Positions 1 to 8,041 of a stretch of 64,000 bases of DNA are shown one piece after another (within the stretch, counting starts at the first letter, position 1; the number at the start of each line of letters is the position of its first letter). The position numbers and the translations under genes were made by a program. Source of the DNA: an uncultured Methylomirabilota bacterium (GTDB taxonomy: Bacteria > Methylomirabilota > Methylomirabilia > Methylomirabilales > 2-02-FULL-66-22); assembly GCA_963705305.1 (NCBI GenBank), contig OY970067.1:1-64000 (forward strand), written 5' to 3'. The notes beneath the pieces were generated by a model. It was not told where the DNA came from. It worked only from the letters and a program-made list of their open reading frames with translations, and searched no databases.

Positions 1-100
1 AAGGTCCACAGAGCCGGTTCCGGAAAATAGGACAGGCGTTTAAGTGAAAACTCTGCTCTACTGGACGGGACGCATCGCCGTCCCACAAGGAGAGCAGCCC

Positions 101-403
101 ATGAAACGGTCCCGACGGAACCACGCCCCCGCCTTCAAGGCCAAGGTCGCCCTGGCTGCCCTGAAGGGCGATCGAACCCTCGCCGAGCTCGCGCAGCAGT
201 TCGACGTCCACCCCAACCAGATCACGCAGTGGAAGGCCCAGCTCCTGGAGCGGGCGCTGGAGCTCTTCGCCACGTCCGCCGAGCGCCAGGCCAGCGTGCC
301 GGATGTCAAGGCGTTGCACGCGAAGATCGGCCAGCTGGTCCTGGAGAACGATTTTTTGGCCGGCGCGCTCGGTCGCATCCCCGATGCGAGCGCGAAGCGA
401 TGA
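101..403 (+). CDS. IS3 transposase OrfA (HTH)
   Basis: MKRSRRNHAPAFKAKVALAALKGDRTLAELAQQFDVHPNQITQWK; T-TTT-TTG slippery motif at 352-358. Confidence 0.9.
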   Translation: MKRSRRNHAPAFKAKVALAALKGDRTLAELAQQFDVHPNQITQWKAQLLERALELFATSAERQASVPDVKALHAKIGQLVLENDFLAGALGRIPDASAKR

Positions 404-1227
404 TCGACCGCCAGCACCCCCTGCCCGTCACGCACCAGTGCCGCCTGGTGGCCGTGACTCGGTCCTCGGTCTACTACACCCCGCGCCCCGTCCGCGCAGG
501 GGACCTGGCCCTGATGCGGCAGCTCGACGAGCTGCACCTGCTGCATCCCTTCGCTGGGAGCCGGATGCTCCGGGACCTGCTGCGCCTCCGGGGCATGGCC
601 GTCGGCCGGAAGCACGTGGCCACGTTGATGCGGCGGATGGGGATCGCAGCGCTGTACCGGCACCCCCGCACCACCCAGCCGCACCCGGGGCCCCGGGGGT
701 TCCCGTACTTGCTGCGCACCCTGGCGATCACGGCCCCGAACCAGGTCTGGGCCATGGACATCACGTACCTCCCCATGCGCCGGGGCTTCCTCTACCTGGT
801 GGCCGTGCTGGACTGGGCGACCCGCCGGGTCCTGGCCTGGCGCCTCTCGAACACCCTGACCGGGGACGGTTGCCTGGAGGCCCTGGAGGCCGCGATCCGG
901 GCCCACGGCTGCCCGGAGATCCTGAACACCGACCAGGGGAGCCAGTTCACCAGCATGGCCTTCGTCGCCCTGGTCCAGCAGCACGGCATCGCCCTCAGCA
1001 TGGACGGCAAGGGGGCCTGGCGCGACAACTGCTTCGTTGAGCGCCTCTGGAAGACCGTCAAGTACGAGGAAGTGTACCTGCATGCCTATGACTCGGTGCC
1101 TGACGCCCAGCGGCACCTGGTCGCCTATTTTACTTTTTACAACCAAGGCCGGCCTCACACAGCGCTGGACGGCCAGACCCCCGATATGGTCTACTTTGCC
1201 TCGCGGCCTCAGCTCGAGGCGGCGTAA
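400..1227 (+). CDS. IS3 transposase OrfB (DDE catalytic core)
   Basis: WAMDITY, TDQGSQF and ERLWKTVKYE motifs; ATGA overlap with orfA. Confidence 0.92.
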   Translation: MIDRQHPLPVTHQCRLVAVTRSSVYYTPRPVRAGDLALMRQLDELHLLHPFAGSRMLRDLLRLRGMAVGRKHVATLMRRMGIAALYRHPRTTQPHPGPRGFPYLLRTLAITAPNQVWAMDITYLPMRRGFLYLVAVLDWATRRVLAWRLSNTLTGDGCLEALEAAIRAHGCPEILNTDQGSQFTSMAFVALVQQHGIALSMDGKGAWRDNCFVERLWKTVKYEEVYLHAYDSVPDAQRHLVAYFTFYNQGRPHTALDGQTPDMVYFASRPQLEAA

Positions 1228-1294
1228 CGTGACCCCGGCAGAGTTTCACTTATCGCGCCCCGATTCCTGTCCAGCTCTTTGGGGCCACCGCTGT

Positions 1295-1781
1295 CCCCGT
1301 GTAATCCCTGTACTGGAATAGCGGCGTAAAACCGAGCTGGCTGACGACGAGATTCCGAGAATACGTGTGTGTCCACCCCCGAGATCGCACCAATGCCTCG
1401 ATCTTCTTCAAGAGGTCAGTGGTATCTGAAAATCGTTCGGGATTGCCTTGGACATAGCGCAGGAAGCCTAACATTGGCGCCCCAATTTGCTGGAGGGCAA
1501 TGACGTTCCTGAAATCCAACATGGTGAGCAAGCGCCAGTTCTTGGTGCGTAAACACGGAAACGGACGGGTTCGCATGAGCGCGAAAAAAGTCAACAAACA
1601 GGTAGTAATCGCATGCTCTCAATTCCGCCGTGATCCGCATAATATCGTTGAGACTCTGGACTTCAAATGCTAAATATGGGTCAAGACCGAACCTGTTCCT
1701 GAGGAGAGCGGAGATCTCCTGCGCAGCACGTCTCTCCTCTCCGGACGCTTGGCCACAACTAATGAAAACTCGCCCTGCCAT
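1295..1781 (-). pseudogene. TIR-like / DUF4062-like domain protein, frameshifted near 1510 and interrupted by IS3
   Basis: ATG at 1781 with G-rich RBS; MAGRVFISCGQ...CDYYLFV...FTHQELALA, continuing in another frame as RNVIALQQIGAPMLGFL...YRDYTG up to the IS3 end. The family call is from motif resemblance. Confidence 0.55.
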
Positions 1782-1923
1782 GAGCCCCCCTCGCAGAAAA
1801 TGACTGGGTGTTCTTAGAACCGTGGCCGCGTCTCCTACCGATCCCCGTCGCATCGACCTCCTATAAAAACGTCAGCTGGGAGTCGTATCGCTACGTTTGA
1901 ACTAGCGCAAGCGGCCGTCGATG

Positions 1924-2541
1924 TTACTCCGTCCTCTGCCATATCCGAACAAGATGATGGTCGTTCCACACCTTCTTATACAAAGTGAATCTATTGCTGG
2001 AAGTGATGAGTCGGTCGAAATCTGAGGCTGAATAATTCTTATAAAATGTCCTTATACTGCCACTCCCGATACACCAGCCATCACCATGCACATTCCCCGG
2101 CGTACATTTCTTGCGGTAATACGCTTCGCCGGTTGGTACATCTGTTACAAGATATCCCTTCGTTGTTAGGCTTATATGAGCCACATTTAGAAGTTGCCTT
2201 CTGTAATTTGGCTTGTCTATAACATGTAGTACTGAGATAAGAAATATAGCTTCATACTTGCGCTGCCTGGCCTCAAATTCACCGGCGTGTAATAATATAA
2301 CGCCTGGCCTCTTAGGGACAAGATCTGCGATGCGCTTACACTGCAGCTCGGTATCGACTAATGTAATATTTGGAAAATATTTCTGCAAGACCGGGTAATT
2401 CCTTAATCTCCCGCAACCCAAATCGGCTACACGGGTTACGCCAATCGTCGACAATATTTCGGAAGCCCAGACAACAGATCTCGCAACCCTTGTCTGCGAC
2501 GGCGCAGAGTTCTCAACTTGAATTTTATACTGAGGCTTCAC
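1924..2541 (-). CDS. class I SAM-dependent methyltransferase
   Basis: VADLGCG motif I, acidic LVD strand, YEAIFLISVLHVI motif; low GC. Confidence 0.8.
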   Translation of the reverse strand: MKPQYKIQVENSAPSQTRVARSVVWASEILSTIGVTRVADLGCGRLRNYPVLQKYFPNITLVDTELQCKRIADLVPKRPGVILLHAGEFEARQRKYEAIFLISVLHVIDKPNYRRQLLNVAHISLTTKGYLVTDVPTGEAYYRKKCTPGNVHGDGWCIGSGSIRTFYKNYSASDFDRLITSSNRFTLYKKVWNDHHLVRIWQRTE

Positions 2542-2551
2542 TCGGCCGCTC

Positions 2552-3274
2552 CTAAGGGGTCAGGCCTCCGAAGCGCCTTTCTACTTCCATTTTGAGTTCG
2601 GCCGCTTTTGAATTTCGCATTTCCTCAATTTGTTGAACGGGCAAGGAATAGATCTTGCTCAACAAGGAATACCTCGTGGATAAGCCTATGGCTAGGACGA
2701 TGATGAGAAACAAAATTGGAGAGAAGAGTGTAAAATCGAGTTTCCAGCGGAATAGGACGATCAGTCCTGAGATAAGTAGCCCTACAGAGGAAAGGCAAAG
2801 AATATAGATGTTTACAAAGTATTGTTCCCAGTAAGTAAACGCCAAGCTGCGTAGCGTCGTTTGCTCGTTTGCGAAATGATAAAACAGATAGAGCACCTCC
2901 GTCGGCTTACCCGGCATGTTTCTCCATCCGTTGGCCTTAACGGACTCGGCAGCCTCAATCATTGTGTTATGAATAAGGGTGTTAGTTGTGCTTCTCACCT
3001 TGAAAAGATGCCTGTCGATGACATTGTGGAGATCTATGTCTCTGCCGAGGTTCACAAGAACAAGCGCAAGAGCCCCTATAGCTGTGATAACTGACGCAAT
3101 TATCTTTTGAACCAGCTCTGCCTCTTCCTTCGCCCCAAGAATACTCTTGGTCACCATGCCGACGATCGTATTGCCCCAAATAAGAAAAAGAATCAAGATT
3201 GCAAATAAGATGACGTAGTACTTAACCCGCTTCCCGATATTTTCGGCCATCTGAGATGCTTTTTCGTCGGTCAT
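2552..3274 (-). CDS. hypothetical multi-pass membrane protein (~4 TM)
   Basis: 240-aa ORF with four hydrophobic stretches; RBS GAGGGG; low GC; 10 nt upstream of the methyltransferase. Confidence 0.8.
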   Translation of the reverse strand: MTDEKASQMAENIGKRVKYYVILFAILILFLIWGNTIVGMVTKSILGAKEEAELVQKIIASVITAIGALALVLVNLGRDIDLHNVIDRHLFKVRSTTNTLIHNTMIEAAESVKANGWRNMPGKPTEVLYLFYHFANEQTTLRSLAFTYWEQYFVNIYILCLSSVGLLISGLIVLFRWKLDFTLFSPILFLIIVLAIGLSTRYSLLSKIYSLPVQQIEEMRNSKAAELKMEVERRFGGLTP

Positions 3275-3462
3275 TTCGTCCCCTCGCCGTGACTTGTCGA
3301 CAAAGAAGCTGACGAGAACCGTGTAGAAATGCGGATAGGATAGGGTCGGTTTATCGATCGATGGATGGGCAGAACGTCTTCGATTTCCCGGTTGATCGCT
3401 GCGCTGCTCCTCAGGACTCGTTCGGCAAATCGGCAGGAGAACGTCTCAAGGCCCAGTCGCAT
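3271..3462 (-). pseudogene. degenerate gene remnant, possibly the N-terminus of a BglII/BstYI-like restriction endonuclease
   Basis: MRLGLETFSCRFAERVLRSSAAINREIEDVL plus out-of-frame TLSYPHFYTVLVSFFVDK; family resemblance recalled, not searched. Confidence 0.35.
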
Positions 3463-3506
3463 GAGGACCACCCCCGAGGAGAACCGATGAGGGCGGGGAC
3501 GGGCAA

Positions 3507-3535
3507 AGAGTAGTCCTGGGGATTGGGAATGTCAA
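3507..3535 (-). promoter_or_regulatory. sigma70-type promoter for the low-GC operon
   Basis: TTGACA-17 nt-TACTCT on the minus strand. Confidence 0.65.
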
Positions 3536-3558
3536 GGAGCTTACCAAGGCTCTTGCAT

Positions 3559-3876
3559 TCACTCGCGTTCTGTCTCGGGAGGCACGTAGCCGGCCAGAAT
3601 GTATCGCTTAATCAGGCCTTCCCTCCAGCGACGCCAACGCTCGAATAGTTGTCCGCGGTCCGGCGGCCTCATCGACTCGCACTCGTGAACGACCTCTTCT
3701 ATGCGGGCATAGGCCGCGAAATCGAAGACCCGTACGATTTCAAGCGCACGCACCCGTGCAATCGGCCAGGGCATGCGTTCCTCTGCGCCTGGCTCCTCCA
3801 CGTCCGGGATACGTTTGCCGGGATGCGCCGCCGCCCATGCGTTGAGCCACTGCCGGTACTCCTCCGGCGTGGCGAT
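3559..3876 (-). CDS. hypothetical protein (start codon appears to be ATC)
   Basis: Protein-like frame (I)ATPEEYRQWLNAW...YVPPETERE directly after the upstream stop; RBS-like GGGGGTGAG precedes ATC. Confidence 0.45.
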   Translation of the reverse strand: MATPEEYRQWLNAWAAAHPGKRIPDVEEPGAEERMPWPIARVRALEIVRVFDFAAYARIEEVVHECESMRPPDRGQLFERWRRWREGLIKRYILAGYVPPETERE

Positions 3877-3880
3877 CGGC

Positions 3881-4429
3881 TCACCCCCCGAGCGCAGGGA
3901 CGCTAACAGTCCGTCGAAGAGTTCGTCTCTCAGCGAGTCGTTGGACGATCCGCTCCCGAACCTCGGGCGCGGCTTCCTGGATGGCATCGAGCACCTCCTG
4001 CTGGAAATCCGCGACGGCCCGCATGTCGTGCAGCGAGCGGAGCACGTCGAGTTGGAACCCCAGTTGCTTGCGAATCTCGCTGACCAAGTCCACGATGACC
4101 TGCTGGAGGCCCTTGCGGTCCCCGCCGGGCTCCCGCGCCGCCTGCGTCGCCCACGCCAGCTCATCACGAATCGTGTGGTTGATCCGCTGCAACTGCGCGA
4201 ACACGTCGAGGCCCCGGTCTGCGACCTCCCTAGCCCGCTCCAGGCCGACGTGCCGGGTCAGGTTCCACTTCAAGAGCTTCAGCCGCTTGGAGACCGCCGC
4301 CTCGGACACACCGAAGAATTCTGCGGCCTGCTTCTGGCTCGCGCCCCGCTCCACCAGGAGGCGATACAGCGCCTTGTCGTCGATCCGGCCCCCCCGGCGG
4401 CCCTGGGGGCGGGTTAATCGCGTGTTCAC
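3881..4429 (-). CDS. HTH plus coiled-coil protein (small-terminase-like architecture)
   Basis: ASQKQAAEFFGVSEAAVSKRLK HTH followed by long amphipathic helices; RBS GGAGG before GTG. Confidence 0.7.
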   Translation of the reverse strand: MNTRLTRPQGRRGGRIDDKALYRLLVERGASQKQAAEFFGVSEAAVSKRLKLLKWNLTRHVGLERAREVADRGLDVFAQLQRINHTIRDELAWATQAAREPGGDRKGLQQVIVDLVSEIRKQLGFQLDVLRSLHDMRAVADFQQEVLDAIQEAAPEVRERIVQRLAERRTLRRTVSVPALGG

Positions 4430-4931
4430 GGTAACCTCCGCTGAACCGCTCGCTCAACTCCCCGCGCCCTAACCTGCAACTGTTGAAGGCCTTTTGCTGG
4501 GTTAACCGTCGGAGTCCTTGCTCCTGTTGGATAGCAGCGAAGCGAGCGTGGTAAATGGTCCATCGTGCCGCACCAGATTTTCGATTCGCCAGTTGATCCG
4601 CGCTTTGAACAGCGCCTTCCGCCATGCGCGTGAGCCCGCTGGGGGGGCTCCCCCACCCCCTGGCCGGCCCCCCGCTCGCGCCGTGCATCCGGCTTACACG
4701 GCAGGCCGCGTTTCGCCGTTTCGCCCCCAGAGCTCGCTGAGAATCGCAGGGCCGTTGAGCATATCGCGTCAACGCCCCGCCCCAGGACACCAGGACAGCT
4801 TGCCATGCCGTATCGCGGGAAGCTGGCGGACACGTCCTGGATGGCCCCGCACAGCCCCCGCACAGCAGGCCGGAAAGCCCAGCCCACCGCGGGGTTACAC
4901 GGGCACACCGGCTTGGGACACCAGCGGTGCG

Positions 4932-5054
4932 CTAGTAGGAATTCAGCGCGATAAGCCAGTTTAGGATGGTAGCGAGTATAGCCGTCACGAAATACGCGAA
5001 CCCTGCGTACCAGAACCCGTAATGAATAATCCACTCTCCGAAGCCCATCTCCAT
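4932..5054 (-). CDS. small hydrophobic peptide, 40 aa (absent from the ORF track)
   Basis: GGAGG RBS then MEMGFGEWIIHYGFWYAGFAYFVTAILATILNWLIALNSY*. Confidence 0.6.
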   Translation of the reverse strand: MEMGFGEWIIHYGFWYAGFAYFVTAILATILNWLIALNSY

Positions 5055-5194
5055 TGTCGCCTCCACCAGTGTGCGGGTTTTGTGCGGGAGCTAGTGCGGA
5101 CAGGCACCAATCAGCCCCAAGACAGGCTGAGGGAGAGGAGAGATTTTCTCGGGGCTTATTGGTACGCGCTGGAGCGTACCATGGCCGGGTTTGT

Positions 5195-5273
5195 CCTGTC
5201 ACGCCGGAGGTCGCGGGTTCGAGTCCCGTCCCGCGGACGCGGGATCTCCGCGGGGCTCCAATCGGCCCCGCCA
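5195..5273 (+). repeat. att site: 3' half of tRNA-Asp(GTC) with a 33-nt insertion
   Basis: CTGTCAC anticodon loop, GCCGG, variable loop, GCGGG-TTCGAGT-CCCGT T-arm, then CGGCCCC-G-CCA after the insert; no 5' half upstream. Confidence 0.85.
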
Positions 5274-5279
5274 GGGGAT

Positions 5280-6606
5280 TCAAGGGGTTGCGAGAGCAGC
5301 CCCCTGACTGTTTTTGGCCGGTGTGCCCGGAGGTGTGCCCGTGAGTTTTCGTGCGGCTTCTTGGAGGTCGGCGGGACTGACGATGTGATAGCGGTCGAAG
5401 ACAGCTCGCGTCTTGTGCCCGGTGATCCTCATCGTGACACGCTCGGGCACCCCGCGGTTGACCATGTTCCGCACAGCCGTCCGCCGGAAGTCGTGGCGGA
5501 GCATCTTCAGGAGTCCCGGTTTCTCCTTCCTGGCAACTGCTGCCTCTAGCTCGGACCGTCGCCTGGCCCGCTCCTCGCCTTCCAAACCCCCCGGCATGGC
5601 TTCTAGGCAAGCCTTCTTCCAGACCTTCCTGAAATCTCGCACCCGTTGCTGGCACGCCATGGTCAAAACGTCCTCACACAACATGCCATACATGGCAACG
5701 TCCCGGATTAGTGCCAAAACAACGAAAGGCCACCCGGACTGCGGGACGTTGCCACCTTTAGCATGTTTCTTCGAGCAGGCGTCGCCACTGAAGGACGGCG
5801 GCGCTCCACGTGGCGGCCCGGTACACGTTCTGCGGCCGCATATCGAGGCGCGGGGCGGCGGAGGATCCGCGGTGCTTCCAGCCACGCTTGCCGAGGCATG
5901 CTGGAGGGGATGGGAGCAAGATATGACAGATAATGCAACGTCCCCTACTTCTATCCACGGCCTCGAATTGCGAACGCTCGAAGAACCCCGCCCGCGGGGC
6001 GGCCTCCTTCAGCTTGTGGATAAGCGGCAGCCGCAGCAGTTTCCCGTTGTCATAGGCGAGTCGGAGCATGCGACCTAACACGGCCAGCTCTCGGTTGACC
6101 GTCCCGTTCGCGGCGCCCTCCACCTGGCGGGCCGCGATGTAGCGGGTCACGTCCGCCGGCCCGATGCTGGCGATGCGCTTGCTGTGGAAGAAGGCGTCGA
6201 GGTGCGCGAGCCGGCCCTCGGCCTCCTCCTGGTCCCGCTCGCCGGTCGTCTGGTAGTGCCGGCGGAGGTCTTCGGCTGTCTCCTCGTACAGGATCCGGTT
6301 GAGGCGGGGGAGCACGGGCTGCCCCGTGGCCGCCTTTCCCTCGCGGTCCTTCAGGAATCGCCGGGCCTCGGTCTCCTTCTCGGTCTCGGTGCTCTCGCGC
6401 GTGGCCTTCCCGTTCACGTAGTACTTCGCCCACCAGACCTTGCCGAACCGGGCCCCACAGCCCGGACACACGGCGGCCCTGCCGTGTGCGGGGTGGTGGC
6501 ACTTGTGGGCGTCGGTTCCGTCGCCTCGGCTCAAGGCCAGGTCTTCGGGGGTCGGCGTGAAATTCGGCTCTTTAGCCTTGAGCATCGGCCGGTACAAGTA
6601 ACCCAT
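5280..6606 (-). pseudogene. int: tyrosine recombinase/integrase, disrupted
   Basis: N-terminal part 6606 to ~5956 (WWAKYY, TVNRELAVL, RAGFFE); C-terminal part ~5650-5280 ([24 protein letters not shown]); box I region replaced by ~300 bp of foreign DNA. Confidence 0.9.
5742..5951 (-). mobile_element. non-autonomous, internally deleted derivative of the RAYT-like element
   Basis: Bounded by CGGGACGTTGCCA and TGCAACGTCCCCTACTTC; encodes [10 protein letters not shown] (transposase N-terminus) next to [15 protein letters not shown]...WRRLL* (C-terminus). Confidence 0.8.
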
Positions 6607-6609
6607 GCC

Positions 6610-6921
6610 TCACCCCTCCTTCCGTGTCCCCCGGTCAGGCCCCGTTGGCGCCGGGGCGGTGTGCTTATAGAGCTGTTGCTCGTGCCGTACCTTCTGGTCG
6701 ATGTATTCTTTGGTGGCCCCAATGGCCGCCTCCTCTGAATCGTATTCTCCTGGGATGCGCATGACCGCGTCCGTCAGGGAATCCTTGGTGGGCATCTTCC
6801 GGGATCCGACATTCACGATTTGAACCAGCCAGAGCCCGCTGGGCAATCGCTCGGTGTGGATCCGGTACTGTTTGTAAACTGGACTCTCTTTCAATTCGCT
6901 TGAGCCTCCTTGGTCTTTCAT
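6610..6921 (-). CDS. small hypothetical protein
   Basis: MKDQGG...YKQYRIHTERLPSGLWLVQI...SEEAAIGATKEYIDQK; alternative TTG start at 6894; stop 3 nt before the integrase ATG. Confidence 0.65.
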   Translation of the reverse strand: MKDQGGSSELKESPVYKQYRIHTERLPSGLWLVQIVNVGSRKMPTKDSLTDAVMRIPGEYDSEEAAIGATKEYIDQKVRHEQQLYKHTAPAPTGPDRGTRKEG

Positions 6922-6951
6922 TCCAGCAGCTCCCCTACCGTCACCTTGAGT

Positions 6952-8029
6952 GAAATAGGGGACCCTGCAAGTTACGTCGTCTTGATCACACTGCCCAGGA
7001 GGCGATCCCACTCGCGGGCCTGCGCCGCCCCCCGGCGGGCCGCTTGGTAGACCACGGCGGGGTGGATCCCTAGGAGGGGCGCAAGAGAGCGCCCCGGGTG
7101 CCCGAGCCGCTCCACCCAGAGGTAGGCGATCCCGGCCCGGGCGCGTGAGACGGCCGGCCTGCGGCCCCCGCCCCGGAGGGCGGTTGGCGGGATCCGTACG
7201 TAGGCGCACACCCGGGCACAGAGCGTCTCCAGAGCGTCGGCGGGCACCAGGCGCCGCACTGCCGGGCTGAGCTCCCGCTGCACTACCACGACGAAGTCGC
7301 TGCTCCCGAGCACCCGGGGATCGCCCAGGTAGGCTTCCCGCCCCCGCCGGAGGGCCGCGAGGCCCGCCCAGCGCCCCAGGCTCCGCAGGAGGCCGCCCCC
7401 CTGGAGCTCCGGGCGCCGCCCCTGCGGGATGCCCGCCGCCAGGAAAGCCCGGTAGGCCCGACGCGCCCGGGCGGGTGTGGGGCCGAACTGCGCGAGGATC
7501 GCCGGCGTGTCCTGCCACGGGCGGGGCACGGTCCCGAGGAGGGCGCTGTGGCCGGTCCAGGGGTAGCGGTCGAGCGCGCGGAGCGTGGGCACGACGCCGG
7601 CCCGGAGCGGGTTGAGGTGGGGGTAGCGGACGAGCTCTAGGCGGTACGCCTCCTCCTCCACCACGATCGATTTGTAGCGATTCTGGAAGAGGTGGCCGAC
7701 GCGCTGGTGGCGCCGGTTGAAGGCGCCGGCGTACCCCGTGAGGAGCGACCGCATACTGCGCGGCAAGGGGTGCGTCCCGGTGCGGACCAAGAGGTGCGCA
7801 TGGTTCGGGAGGAGAGCCCAGGCGGCGACGGCAACCGCCCCCCGTTCGGCCAACCGGGCCACCCGCGCCACGAAATCGGCCCGGTCCCGGTCGTCACGGA
7901 AGATGGGAGTGCGCTCGATCTCCCGCACCATGACGTGGTGGAGGTCCCCGGGGCATCGAGTCGCGCTTGGCGAGGCATGCCTGAGATGTATTAGCACAAG
8001 ATGACTAAACTTGCAACGTCCCCTACTTC
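6952..8029 (-). mobile_element. HUH/Y1 (RAYT/TnpA-REP-like) element bounded by 22-bp inverted repeats
   Basis: GAAATAGGGGACCCTGCAAGTT (6952-6973) and AACTTGCAACGTCCCCTACTTC (8008-8029) match as inverted repeats at 19/22 positions. Confidence 0.8.
6972..7978 (-). pseudogene. RAYT-like Y1 transposase with C-terminal HTH, 1-nt frameshift near 7944
   Basis: MPRQARLDAPG / LHHVMVREIER lie in different frames; LPNHAHLL (HUH), GHLFQNRYKS, RYPHLNP and YPWTGH motifs. Confidence 0.88.
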
Positions 8030-8041
8030 CCGCGGCTTTCC

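Larger units (their letters stand above)
10..1292 (+). mobile_element. IS3-family insertion sequence
   Basis: orfA/orfB pair; imperfect terminal inverted repeats (left AGAGCCGGTTCCGGAAAATAGGACAGG..TAAGTGAAAACTCTG; right, reverse-complemented, AGCGGTGGCCCCAAAGAGCTGGACAGG..TAAGTGAAACTCTG). Ends uncertain by ~2 nt; no clear target duplication. Confidence 0.9.

Noticed and set aside
5160..5273. Intact tRNA-Asp gene
   Set aside because: No 5' acceptor strand or D-arm, and the 5' anticodon stem (TTGTC) does not pair with GCCGG; treated as an att remnant.
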